Assembly (NCBI GenBank): GCA_964016885.1
Contig: OZ024742.1
Span: forward strand, 25,172,001 to 25,236,000
Reading direction: 5' to 3'
Origin: Eledone cirrhosa
Taxonomy: Eukaryota
DNA length: 64,000 nt
Below the pieces are notes generated by a model. The model made no database searches. It had not been told where the DNA came from and saw only the letters and a program-made list of their open reading frames with translations. Below, piece after piece: positions 25,920 through 41,374 of the stretch. How positions within the stretch are numbered: the stretch's first letter is position 1; the number at the start of each line of letters is the position of its first letter. The translations under genes were made by a program, and so were the position numbers.

Positions 25920-28900
25920 ACCACCAAAACTACCACCACCAACACCACAACACCACTACGCCAACAACAGCAACAATAAAACTACCAACACCAACACCAC
26001 AACACCACTATGCCAACAACAGCAACAATAAAACTACCAACACCAACACCACAACACCACTACGCCAAAAACAGCAACAATAAAACTACCAACACCAACA
26101 CCACAACACCACTATGCCAACAACAGCAACAATAAAACTACCAACAACAACACCACAGCACCACTATGCCAATAATAGCAACAATAAAACTACCACCACC
26201 AACACCACAACACCACTACACCAACAACAGCAACAATAAAACTACCAACACCAACACCACAACACCACTATGCCAACAACAGCAAGAAAACTACCAACAC
26301 CAGCACCACAACACCACTATGCCAACAACAGCTACAAAAAAACTACCACCACCAACACCACAACACCACTACACCAACAACAGCAACAATAAAACTACCA
26401 ACACCAACACCACAACACCACTACGCCAACAACAGCAACAATAAACCTACCACCACCAAGACCAAAACACCACTATGCCAACAACAGCAACAACAAAACT
26501 ACCACCACCAACACCACAACACCACTATTCCAACAACAACAATACAACTACCACCACCAACACCACAACACCACTATGCCAACAACAGCAACAATAAAAC
26601 TACCACCACCAACACCACAACACCACTATGCCAACAACAGCAACAATAAAACTACCAACACCAACACCACAACATCAGTATGCCAACAACAGCAACAATA
26701 AAACTACCACCACCAACACCACAACACCACTACAACAACAACAGCAACAATAAAACTACAGAAACCACCAACACCACAACACCACTATGCCAACAACAGC
26801 AACAATAAAACTACCACCACCAACACCACAACACCACTATGCCAACAACAGCAACAATAAAACTAGCACCACCAACACCACAACACCACTATGCCAACAA
26901 CAACAATAAAACTACCAACACCAACACCACAACGCCACTATGCCAACAACAGCAACAATAAAACTACCACCACCCACACCACAACACCACTATGCCAACA
27001 ACAGCAACAATAAAACTACCACCAACAACACCACAACACCACTATGCCAACAACAGCAACAATAAAACTACCAACACCAACAAGACAACACCACTATGCC
27101 AACAACAGCAACAATAAAACTACCACCACAAACAACACAACACCACTATGCCAAGAACAGCAACAATAAAACTACCACCACCAACACCACAACACCACTA
27201 TGCCAACAACAGCAACAATAAAACTACCACCACCAACACCACAACACCACTACGCCAAGAACAGCAACAATAAAACTACCAAGACCAACACCACAACACC
27301 ACTATGCCAACAACAGCAACAATAAAACTACCAACACCAACACCACAACACCACTACACCAACAACAGCAACGATAAAACTACCAACACCAAAACCACAA
27401 GACCACTATGCCAACAACAGCAACAAAAAAACTACCAACACCAACACCACAACACCACTATGCCAACAACAGCTACAACAAAACTACCACCACCAACACC
27501 ACAACACCACTACACCAACAACAGCAACAATAAAACTACCTCCACCAACACCACAACACCACTATGCCAACAACAGCAACAACAAAACTACCACCACCAA
27601 CACCACAACACCACTATGCCAACAACAGCAACAATAAAACTACCACCACCAACACCACAACACCACTATGCCAACAACAGCAACAATAAAACTACCAACA
27701 CCCAACCACAACACCACTACACAAACAACAGCAACAATAAAACTACCACCACCAACACCACAACACCAATATGCCAACAACAGCAACAATAAAACTACCA
27801 ACACCAACACCACAACACCACTACACCAACAACAGCAACAATAAGTCTACCACCACCAACACCACAACACCACTACGCCAAGAACAGCAACAATAAAACT
27901 ACCAAGACCAATACCACAACACCACTATGCCAACAACAGCAACAATAAAACTACCACCACCAACACCACAACACCACTATGCCAACAACAGCTACAACAA
28001 AACTACCACCACCAACACCACAACACCTCTATGCCAACAACAGCAACAATAAAACTACAACCATCAACACCACAACACCACTACGCCAACAACAGCAACA
28101 ATAAAACTACCACCACCAACACCACAACACCACTATGCCAACAACAACAATAAAACTACCACCACCCACACCACAACACCACTATGCCAACAACAGCAGC
28201 AATAAAACTACCACCACCAACACCACAACACCACTATGCCAACAACAGCAACAATAAAACTACCACCACCAACACCACAACACCACTATGCCAACAACAG
28301 CAACAATAAAACTACCACCACCAACACCACAACACCACTATGCCAACAACAGCAACAATAAAACTACCACCACCAACACCACAACACCACTACACCAACA
28401 ACAGCAACAATAAAACTGACAACACCAACACCACAACACCACTATGCCAACAACAGCAACAATAAAACTACCACCACCAACACCACAACACCACTATGCC
28501 AACAACAGCAACAATAAAACTACCACCACAAACAACACAACACCACTACGCCAACAACAGCAACAATAAAACTACCAACACCAACACCACAACACCACTA
28601 CGCCAACAACAGCAACAATAATACTACCAACACCAACACCACAACACCACTATGCCAACAACAGCAACAATAAAACTACCACCACCAACACCACAACACC
28701 ACTATGTCAACAACAGCAACAATAAGACTACCACCACAAACAACACAACACCACTATGCCAACAACAGCAACAATAAAACTACCACTACCAACACCACAA
28801 CACCACTATGCCAACAACAGCAACAATAAAACTACCACCACCAACACCACAACACCACTATGCTAACAACAGCAACAATAAAACTACCACCACCAAACCA

Positions 28901-31900
28901 CAACACCACTATGCCAACAACAGCAACAATAAAACTACCAACACCAACACCACAACACCACTACACCAACAACAGCAACAATAAAACTACCAACACCAAC
29001 AGCACAACACCACTACACCAACAACAGCAACAATAAAACTACCACCACCAACACCACAAGACCACTACGCCAACAACAGCAACAATAAAACTACCAACAC
29101 CACAACACCACTATGCCAAGAACATCAACAATAAAACTACCACAACCAACACCACAACACCACTATGCCAACAACAGCAACAATAAAACTACCACCACCA
29201 ACACCACAACACCACTATGCCAACAACAGCAACAATAAAACTACCACCACCAACACCACAACACCACTACACCAACAACAGCAACAATAAAACTACCACC
29301 ACTAACACCACAACACCACCACGCCAACAACAGCAACAACAAAACTACCACCACCAACACCACGACACCACTATGCCAACAACAGCAACAATAAAACTAC
29401 CACCACCAACACCACAACACCACTATGCCAACAACAGCAACAATAAAACTACAACCACCAACACCACAACAGCACTATGCCAACAACAGCAACAATAAAT
29501 CTACCACCACCAACACCACAACACCACTATGACAACAACAGCAACAATAAAACTACCACCACCAACACCACAACACCACTATGCCAACAACAGCAACAAT
29601 AAAACTACCAACACCAACACCACAACACCACTATGCCAACAACCACAACAATAAAACTACCACCACCAACACCACAACACCACTACGCCAAGAACAGCAA
29701 CAATAAAACTACCACCACCAACACCACAACACCACTACGCCAAGAACAGCAACAATAAAACTACCACCACCAACACCACAACACCACTACGCCAACAACA
29801 GCAACAATAATACTACCACCACCAACACCACAACACCACTACGCCAACAACAGCAACAATAAAACTACCACCACCAACACCACAACACCACTATGCCAAG
29901 AACAGCAACAATAAACTACCAACACCAACACCACAACACCACTAAACCAACAACAGCAACATTAAAACTACCGCCACCAACACCACAACACCACTACGCC
30001 AAGAACAGCAACAATAAAACTACCACCACCAACACCACAACACCACTACGCCAAGAACAGCAACAATAAAACTACCACCACCAACACCACAACACCACTA
30101 TGCTAACAACAGCAACAATAAAACTACCACCACCAACACCACAACACCACTACGCCAAGAACAGCAACAATAAAACTACCAACACCAACACCACAACACC
30201 ATTATGCCAACAACAGCAACAATAAAACTACCACCACCAATACCACAACACCAATACGCCAACAACAGCAACAATAAAACTACCACCACCAACACCACAA
30301 CACCACTACACCAACAACAGCAACAATAAAACTACCACCACCAACACCACAACACCGCTATGCCAACAACAGCAACAATAAAACTACCACCACCCACACC
30401 ACAACACCACTATGCCAACAACAGCAGCAATAAAACTACCACCCCCAACACCACAACACTACTATGCCAACAACAGCAACAATAAAACTACCACCACCAA
30501 CACCACAACACCACTATGCCAACAACAGCAACAATAAAACTACCACCACCAACACCACAACACCACTATGCCAACAACAGCAACAATAAAATTACCACCA
30601 CCAACACCACAACACCACTATGCCAACAACAGCAACAATAAAACTACCACCACCAACACCACAACACCACTATGCCAACAACAGCAACAATAAAACTGAC
30701 AACACCAACACCACAACACCACTACGCCAACAACAGCAACAATAAAACTACCACCACCAACACCACAACACCACTATGCCAACAACAGCAACAATAAAAC
30801 TGACAACACCAACACCACAACACCACTATGCCAACAACAGCAACAATAAAACTACCACCACCAACACCACAACACCACTATGCCAACAACAGCAACAATA
30901 AAACTACCACCACAAACAACACAACACCACTACGCCAACAACAGCAACAATAAAACTACCAACACCAACACCACAAAACCACTACGCCAACAACAGCAAC
31001 AATAAAACTACCACCACAAACAACACAACACCACTACGCCAACAACAGCAACAATAAAACTACCAACACCAACACCACAACACCACTATGCCAACAACAG
31101 CAACAATAAAATTACCACCACCAACACCACAACACCACTATGCCAACAACAGCAACAATAAAACTACCAACACCAACACCACAACACCACTATGCCAACA
31201 ACAGCAACAATAAAACTAACAACACCAACACCACAACACCACTATGCCAAGAACAGCAACAATAAAACTACCAACACCAACACCACAACACCACTATGCC
31301 AACAACAGCAACAATAAAACTACCAACACCAACACCACAACACCACTATGCCAAGAACAGCAACAATAAAACTACCAACACCAACACCACAACACCACCA
31401 TGCCAACAACAGCAACAATAAAACTACCAACACCAACACCACAACACCACTATGCCAACAACAGCAACAATAAAACTACCAACACCAACACCACAACACC
31501 ACTATGCCAACAACAGCAACAATAAAACTACCACCACCAACACCACAACACCACTATGCCAAGAACAGCAACAATAAAACTACCAACACCAACACCACAA
31601 CACCACTATGCCAACGACAGCAACAATAAAACTACCAACACCAACACCACAACACCACTACACCAACAACAGCAACAATAAAACTACCAACACCAACACC
31701 ACAACACCACTATGCCAAGAACAGCAACAATAAAACTACCAACACCAACACCACAACACCACTATGCCAACAACAGCAACAATAAAACTACCAACACCAC
31801 AACACCACTATGCCAACAACAGCAACAATAAAACTACCAACACCAACACCACAACACCACTATGCCAAGAACAGCAACAATAAAACTACCAACACCAACA

Positions 31901-33205
31901 CCACAACACCACTATGCCAACAACAGCAACAATAAAACTACCAACACCAACACCACAACACCACTACACCAACAACAGCAACAATAAAACTACCAACACC
32001 AACACCACAACACCACTATGCCAACAACAGCAACAATAAAACTACCAACACCAACACCACAACACCACTATGCCAACAACAGCAACAATAAAACTACCAA
32101 CACCAACACCACAACAGCACTATGCCAAGAACAGCAACAATAAAACTACCAACACCAACACCACAACACCACTATGCCAACAACAGCAACAATAAAACTA
32201 CCAACACCAACACCACAACACCACTATGCCAACAACAGCAACAATAAAACTACCAACACCAACACCACAACACCACTATGCCAAGAACAGCAACAATAAA
32301 ACTACCAACACCAACACCACAACACCACTATGCCAAGAACAGCAACAATAAAACTACCAACACCAACACCACAACACCACTATGCCAAGAACAGCAACAA
32401 TAAAACTACCAACACCAACACACCACTATGCCAAGAACAGCAACAATAAAACTACCAACACCAACACCACAACACCACTACACCAACAACAGCAACAATA
32501 AAACTACCAACACCAACACCACAACACCACTATGCCAAGAACAGCAACAATAAAACTACCACCACCAACACCACAACACCACTATGCCAAGAACAGCAAC
32601 AATAAAACTACCAACACCAACACCACAACACCACTATGCCAACAACAGCAACAATAAAACTACCAACACCAACACCACAACACCACAACACCACTATGCC
32701 AAGAACAGCAACAATAAAACTACCAACACCAACACCACAACACCACTACACCAACAACAGCAACAATAAAACTACCAACACCAACACCACAACACCACTA
32801 TGCCAAGAACAGCAACAATAAAACTACCAACACCAACACCACAACACCACTATGCCAAGAACAGCAACAATAAAACTACCAACACCAACACCACAACACC
32901 ACTACACCATCAACAGCAACAATAAAACTACCAACACCAACACCACAACACCACTATGCCAAGAACAGCAACAATAAAACTACCAACACCAACACCACAA
33001 CACCACTATGCCAAGAACAGCAACAATAAAACTACCAACACCAACACCACAACACCACTATGCCAAGAACAGCAACAATAAAACTACCAACACCAACACC
33101 ACAACACCACTATGCCAAGAACAGCAACAATAAAACTACCAACACCAACACCACAACACCACTATGCCAACAACAGCAACAATAAAACTACCAACACCAA
33201 CACCA
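25920..33205. repeat. 52 bp C/A-rich minisatellite, about 140 copies
   Basis: Unit CACCAACACCACAACACCACTATGCCAACAACAGCAACAATAAAACTACCAA; period read from 26041 to 26093. Confidence 0.97.
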
Positions 33206-33629
33206 CCAACAACAACACTACTAACAACAATGCCACTGGCACTGCCAACACCAACACCACCAACAATAACAACTCCAACACTGACACTAACAACACCAAC
33301 ACCACCACCACCACCTGCAGGAGCAGCGACAACAGGAATCAACATCAATTCTAGAAACCCTACTTCTTTCACCACAACCATCACCAACTTCCATCATCAC
33401 AACATTATACTAACTCTATCATTACCACCATTAGCCACCACCACCACCACCACCACCACCAACAACAACAACACCAACAACAACAAATACAACATAAACA
33501 ACATGGCTATGGTAAATAACACTTTTCCAAGATACCATACTGAGGTATCAAACTCACAACCTAATGATTGTGAAGTGAACTTCTTAACCATGCTGCATCC
33601 ACAGAGAACAAATAAATTTGATAGTTGTT

Positions 33630-34030
33630 CACAAAGCTTTACTCTCTGGAGCAGAGTTGGGAGAGATACGCAGTGATATACATATGGAAGAACCTGGAAG
33701 GGTTAGTATCAATTCTTCGGCATTGAAGGCAGGACCAGACCATGAACAAGATGCCACTGTGTAGAGCCAAATGTCACATCCATCAGATCGAGAATAAGGA
33801 CCACATACTGCAATAACCTGGGGTTCAATAGACCTCATCATTTTAATAAGCTGTCAAAAAATCTGAGAGATCTACATAGCATACATGTAGATGTTTTCAA
33901 GAGATATATTGACATTCTATTGACCAAGATCTCGGATGAACCCACAGCACGAGGCAAAGCAGGAATAAGAGCCACACCAACAAACTCCCTTTTGCACCAA
34001 TGTCCAGCCAGAGAAGGCTGGCTATAGAAA
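33630..34030 (+). mobile_element. Degenerate LINE (CR1/L2/Jockey-group) 3' fragment
   Basis: LYSLEQ..ERYAVIYIWKNLEGLV..; LRDL..VDVFKR.ID.LL.KI.DEP..NSLLHQ. Confidence 0.65.
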
Positions 34031-34084
34031 GTGTAGCATCGGAGGCAGTGCCCCAGCATGACCTCAGCCCCACAGCTGAAATGC

Positions 34085-37000
34085 ATAAATACCCACAAAA
34101 TTATTGACCATCTTGCCAACAACAACCCTGAGCTCCTTTTTGATTTCCATATGTCTAACACCCGTGGGCATGTCTACAAAGTCAGAAAACAGCACAGCTC
34201 CCATGACTTTCGGAAACATTTTTTCACACTCAGAGTTGCTGAAGCATGGAACAAACTACCTGCATCAGTTGTTAGCAGTCCAGACACTACAACCTTTAAA
34301 ACCTACATGGAACAAACTACCTGCATCAGTTTTTAGCTGTCCAGACACTACAACCTTTAAAACCTACATGGAACAAACTACCTGCATCAGTTGTTAGCTG
34401 TCCAGACACTACAACCTTTAAAACCTACATGGAACAAACTACCTGCATCAGTTGTTAGCTGTCCAGACACTACAACCTTTAAAACCGACATGGAACAAAC
34501 TACCTGCATCAGTTGTTAGCTGTCCAGACACTTCAACCTTTAAAACCTACATGGAACAAACTACCTGCATCAGTTGTTAGCTGTCCAGACACTACAACCT
34601 TTAAAACCTACATGGAACAAACTACCTGCATCAGTTTTTAGCTGTCCAGACACTACAACCTTTAAAACCTACATGGAACAAACTACCTGCATCAGTTGTT
34701 AGCTGTCCAGACACTTCAACCTTTAAAACCTACATGGAACAAACTACCTGCATCAGTTGTTAGCTGTCCAGACACTTCAACCTTTAAAACCTACATGGAA
34801 CAAACTACCTGCATCAGTTGTTAGCTGTCGAGACACTACAACCTTTAAAACCTACATGGAACAAACTACCTGCATCAGTTGTTAGCTGTCCAGACACTTC
34901 AACCTTTAAAACCTACATGGAACAAACTACCTGCATCAGTTGTTAGCTGTCGAGACACTACAACCTTTAAAACCTACATGGAACAAACTACCTGCATCAG
35001 TTGTTAGCTGTCCAGACACTTCAACCTTTAAAACCTACATGGAACAAACTACCTGCATCAGTTGTTAGCTGTCGAGACACTACAACCTTTAAAACCTACA
35101 TGGAACAAACTACCTGCATCAGTTGTTAGCTGTCCAGACACTTCAACCTTTAAAACCTACATGGAACAAACTACCTGCATCAGTTGTTAGCTGTCCAGAC
35201 ACTACAACCTTTAAAACCTACATGGAACAAACTACCTGCATCAGTTGTTAGCTGTCCAGACACTTCAACCTTTAAAACCTACATGGAACAAACTACCTGC
35301 ATCAGTTGTTAGCTGTCCAGACACTACAACCTTTAAAACCTACATGGAACAAACTACCTGCATCAGTTGTTAGCTGTCCAGACACTTCAACCTTTAAAAC
35401 CTACATGGAACAAACTACCTGCATCAGTTGTTAGCTGTCCAGACACTACAACCTTTAAAACCTACATGGAACAAACTACCTGCATCAGTTGTTAGCTGTC
35501 CAGACACTTCAACCTTTAAAACCTACATGGAACAAACTACCTGCATCAGTTGTTAGCTGTCCAGACACTACAACCTTTAAAACCTACATGGAACAAACTA
35601 CCTGCATCAGTTGTTAGCTGTCCAGACACTTCAACCTTTAAAACCTACATGGAACAAACTACCTGCATCAGTTTTTAGCTGTCCAGACACTACAACCTTT
35701 AAAACCTACATGGAACAAACTACCTGCATCAGTTGTTAGCTGTCCAGACACTTCAACCTTTAAAACCTACATGGAACAAACTACCTGCATCAGTTGTTAG
35801 CTGTCCAGACACTACAACCTTTAAAACCTACATGGAACAAACTACCTGCATCAGTTTTTAGCTGTCCAGACACTACAACCTTTAAAACCTACATGGAACA
35901 AACTACCTGCATCAGTTGTTAGCTGTCCAGACACTTCAACCTTTAAAACCTACATGGAACAAACTACCTGCATCAGTTGTTAGCTGTCCAGACACTACAA
36001 CCTTTAAAACCTACATGGAACAAACTACCTGCATCAGTTGTTAGCTGTCCAGACACTTCAACCTTTAAAACCTACATGGAACAAACTACCTGCATCAGTT
36101 GTTAGCTGTCCAGACACTACAACCTTTAAAACCTACATGGAACAAACTACCTGCATCAGTTTTTAGCTGTCCAGACACTACAACCTTTAAAACCTACATG
36201 GAACAAACTACCTGCATCAGTTGTTAGCTGTCCAGACACTTCAACCTTTAAAACCTACATGGAACAAACTACCTGCATCAGTTGTTAGCTGTCCAGACAC
36301 TACAACATTTAAAACCTACATGGAACAAACTACCTGCATCAGTTGTTAGCTGTCGAGACACTACAACCTTTAAAACCTACATGGAACAAACTACCTGCAT
36401 CAGTTGTTAGCTGTCCAGACACTTCAACCTTTAAAACCTACATGGAACAAACTACCTGCATCAGTTGTTAGCTGTCCAGACACTTCAACCTTTAAAACCT
36501 ACATGGAACAAACTACCTGCATCAGTTGTTAGCTGTCCAGACACTACAACCTTTAAAACCTACATGGAACAAACTACCTGCATCAGTTTTTAGCTGTCCA
36601 GACACTACAACCTTTAAAACCTACATGGAACAAACTACCTGCATCAGTTGTTAGCTGTCCAGACACTTCAACCTTTAAAACCTACATGGAACAAACTACC
36701 TGCATCAGTTGTTAGCTGTCCAGACACTACAACATTTAAAACCTACATGGAACAAACTACCTGCATCAGTTGTTAGCTGTCGAGACACTACAACCTTTAA
36801 AACCTACATGGAACAAACTACCTGCATCAGTTGTTAGCTGTCCAGACACTTCAACCTTTAAAACCTAAATGGAACAAACTACCTGCATTAGTTGTTAGCT
36901 GTCCAGACACTTCAACCTTTAAAACCTACATGGAACAAACTACCTGCATCAGTTGTTAGCTGTCCAGACACTTCAACCTTTAAAACCTACATGGAACAAA

Positions 37001-37372
37001 CTACCTGCATCAGTTGTTAGCTGTCGAGACACTGCATCCTTTAAAACCAACATGGAACAAACTACCTTCATCAGTTCTTAGCTGTCCAGACACTTCAACC
37101 TTTAAAACCTACATGGAACAAACTACCTGCATCAGTTGTTAGCTGTCGAGACATTGCATCCTTTAAAACCTACATGCTTCCTGAGATTCGCCAACACTAT
37201 ACCTGATATCCCCCTATATACACACACACACACATGTATTTCATGACATGTATTTCATACACTGTTCATTTTCCTGACATATGTACATTATTCTATGTAC
37301 TATACATGCAACTTTGATGAGTTGTAGTGTACCTGAGCACTGTACACAATAATTTCATTATTATTATTTATA
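34085..37372 (+). mobile_element. CR1/L2-like LINE 3' end interrupted by amplification of its own sequence
   Basis: TRGH.YKV....RKHFFTLRV..AWNKLPASVV.....TFK; after the array the frame resumes (MLPEIRQHYT*), followed by a 3' UTR and an (ATT)n tail. Confidence 0.8.
34245..37172. repeat. 61 bp tandem array, 48 copies
   Basis: Unit CATGGAACAAACTACCTGCATCAGTTGTTAGCTGTCCAGACACTACAACCTTTAAAACCTA; span 2928 bp = 48 x 61. Confidence 0.97.
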
Positions 37373-37678
37373 ATAGAAATAACAGATAGCATCATCTCAG
37401 CAGTATGAGTAAGAATTCTATGATCATTTTACAATTATAGATCAGCTGAGTATGCTAGAGATGGTAGACCAGACTTGTACCTTTCAGAAAATAGAAATAT
37501 CAATCATTTCATTTCTTAATACCTGAGTAATAAATGACAACTCCTTAATCAAATAACTCCTCACTCTCAGGAGAGCACTTATATAATTCATGTACCTGAC
37601 ATAATATATATATACTGTACATTATATATTTGATTATGTGTGTGTGCATGTGTATTATAATATATATATCTATATATA

Positions 37679-37738
<60 letters not shown>

Positions 37739-38072
37739 CATACATATTGTACATGATGTATATATGCAGTACATAATATATTTATTTACTTAACATTGCA
37801 CAATAGGGACCTTGTGCCTGCTAAACTCAAAAGAAATTAATCTAAACACAAGAGTATATATAATAGTTTCATAACTGTTGATACTTAAGAGAATTCTATA
37901 GAGAATTGCATACTTGTGTACAGAATCTGTTACTGTAACATGGTTATTACAGCCACATACAAATATGTAGGCAAATGCACATACTGTCACACACACACTT
38001 CTGTATACACACACTCATATACATGTACACATTTACACAAACTTTTATGTATATCATCATCACCGTTAAAAC

Positions 38073-38144
<72 letters not shown>

Positions 38145-38156
38145 TTTATATATATA

Positions 38157-38238
<82 letters not shown>

Positions 38239-38321
38239 GGTGATGATGATGATATATATATCATCATCATCATCATCATTTTACGTCTGCTTTTCCCTGC
38301 TTGCAAGGGTGGGATGCATCC

Positions 38322-38361
<40 letters not shown>

Positions 38362-38432
38362 TGTGTGTATATGTATGTATATGTGTATATGTATATATAC
38401 ACATATACATAACAGTTTGTGTACATGTGTGC

Positions 38433-38470
<38 letters not shown>

Positions 38471-38628
38471 TCATCATCATCTTCATCATCATTTTACGTT
38501 CACTTTTCCCTGCTTGCATACATACACATACATTCATAAATATACATATATGTTTGAGTGTGTGTGTATATATTCATATATATTTAGATACATTGCATGT
38601 ATACATGTATATATGCGTGATAGATATA

Positions 38629-38659
<31 letters not shown>

Positions 38660-38792
38660 CTGTCTGTACACATGTACTGAAACGTTTGTGTGTATATATA
38701 CACACATATATATGTGTGATATTATTATTACTATAGTATATATACACACATATATATATGTGTATATATGTGTGTATACATATATATATATA

Positions 38793-38843
38793 TTTATTAA
38801 AATAACAGATTACAGTTTAAGCAAAGAATCGCTGCTTTCACCC

Positions 38844-38847
<4 letters not shown>
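38793..38847 (-). mobile_element. 55 bp terminal fragment of the U4A-hammerhead PLE family within (TA)n
   Basis: Matches ~20343-20395 and ~46428-46481. Confidence 0.8.
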
Positions 38848-38889
<42 letters not shown>

Positions 38890-38894
38890 ACATC

Positions 38895-39268
38895 GCTTAG
38901 TGGTTAGAGCATTGGCCTTGCAATTGAAGGGTTGTGAGTTCAATTCTCAGACTGGGTGATGTGTTGTTTCCTTGAGCAAGGCACTTTATTTCACATTGCT
39001 CCAGTTTACTCAGCTGTAGAAATGGGATAATAGGGTCCATATCATTCCACTGCAAAGTGGTCGTGGAGGTGCCACAGCAAAAAAGCACCCAGCCCACACT
39101 GTAAAGTGGACATGTAGGCACCACAGAAAAAAGCACCCAGCACTCACTGTAAATGAGGTTGGTGTTAGGAAGGGCATCCAGCTGTAGAAATCAAGCCAGA
39201 ATCAGTTCCCGTCCCAGCCTTGCAAGCAGGGAAAAGTGGACGTAAAATGAAATGATGATGATGATGGT
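38895..39268 (+). mobile_element. tRNA-derived SINE with an RTE-derived 3' tail
   Basis: A box (GCTTAGTGG), B box (GAGTTCAATTC), CTTGAGCAAG central domain, 48 bp subrepeats, CCTTGCAAGCAGGG, (ATG)n. Confidence 0.9.
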
Positions 39269-39329
39269 GATATATGTATACATTAAATACATATATATAT
39301 GTGTGTGTATGTGTGTGTATGTGTGTTTG

Positions 39330-39399
<70 letters not shown>

Positions 39400-39989
39400 G
39401 GATGTATGCTTACATACACACACAGATAAATATACATGTATACATATATATATATTTGTGTGTATGTATGTATATATGCATGATGGATATATGTGTGTGT
39501 GTGCATGTATGTATATATCTGTGTATACATCTATGTGTGAACACTTGTATTTTAAGTGATATGTTGTATATGTTTTTATTAAATGTTTTAGTTTCGTTTT
39601 GTTTTATTTCCTTTTGTGATATTTTACTGAAACTAGATATGGCATGCAAGAAACATAAAAATCTGGAAAAAAAAAATGCAACAAATAACATATATATATA
39701 TATATATATACTCACACATACATACATGTATATATATATGTATATGTATAATATACATGTATATATATATATATATGTATATGTATATTTATAATACACA
39801 GATATATATATACATATAAAAATCTGGAGAAAAAATGCAACAAATAACATATATATGTATATATACTCACACATACATACATGCATATGTATATGTATAA
39901 TATACATGTATATATATATGTATATGTATATGTATAATACACAGATATATATACAGATATATATATATATATATATGTATAATACACAG

Positions 39990-40032
<43 letters not shown>

Positions 40033-40154
40033 CGCACATATATATATCTATGTATTTACATATTATATGTATTATATATACATATATATATATATATTTA
40101 CATACATATATACATATTATACATATTATATGTATTATATATACATATATATAC

Positions 40155-40263
<109 letters not shown>

Positions 40264-41374
40264 CATACAAAGATACATACATATATATATATGTATTATA
40301 TATATATACATATGAGTACGTGTGTATATTATATACTATATGTATACATATATATATACATAATCATAGAAATATAACAACAGAAGCATTCTTATAAGCA
40401 TCTATATTTTCTTTCCTCGAGTAGGAACAAACTGACAGCATTCGTTTTCTGTTGGAAACTTTCAGCACTTTCATTATTGTGCCATTAATGTCAAAGATAG
40501 GAGATGCAACTAATAATTTCCAAGACGGTATAGTCTTCCGAGCCATTACTGTCTTCCACGTGCTTTAAACCCATATTTTGGCAGAGCGAGGTCCAGTCAT
40601 TCTCATCTATCGTTTAAAGGGGTTATCAGTGTGTCAAGTGTGTCATAGTATACAACTGATCAGCTGTGTTGTTGCAACATATATGACTATGTGGTGGAGA
40701 AACTGTGAGAGCTGAGCAAAATACTGGCGATAATCACTTTAAATGATGGCTAAGAAGATATTTTACAGTTTATAGAGGACTGAGGTGATATCGGTATGTC
40801 TATAAAATATGGTGCGGATATTATTATCTATTGAAGTTCATAGTAGTGCTGTTGTGTCTATAGAAGTTGGTGTGAAGGATTGTGAGGTAGTGGTTTGTGT
40901 GTTCAGCTTACAGTTAATTGTAAAGTTGTGAGTTCGATTCTCAGTTACATTGTGTCCTTCAGCAAGACACTTTATTTCATGTTGCTCCAGTGTACTCAGC
41001 AATAATTAACCTTTAGCATGCTTAATCTTTTTATGAATTGCTTCCTTTGACACTCATTAATTATTAAGGGGAGATTACTCTATTGGTGTCACGTCACCCA
41101 GAGCACATAAAAGTTTAAGTTGTACTACTAATTCAAAGGGCCAACTTTGTCACTGAGTGCCACACTATATATCACTAAGAATTATGTTAAGGGTACACAG
41201 GTCAGGAATGCTCAGTCACTTGCATATTAATTTTAGGATCAATCAGTTTCCTTGATTGAATAAACTGGAATATTGATCATTAGATACAATTGAGGTTAGA
41301 AACACATAAAGAAGTTAGTATCAATATCATTGTGTCTTTTATTGATGATGGCGGCTTTTGTTGTATCTGTAGAA

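Noticed and set aside
34245-37172. CRISPR-like regular array (also 58183-59655 and 25920-33205)
   Set aside because: Head-to-tail units without unique spacers, in a eukaryotic context; two arrays derive from LINE sequence
38895-38960. tRNA gene
   Set aside because: A and B boxes belong to a SINE head that continues into a central domain and a LINE tail
39654-39950. ~160 bp direct duplication within microsatellite sequence
   Set aside because: Ordinary local slippage duplication with no additional structure
40364-40610. Non-repetitive stretch with short ORFs
   Set aside because: Interrupted by stops and no identifiable motif
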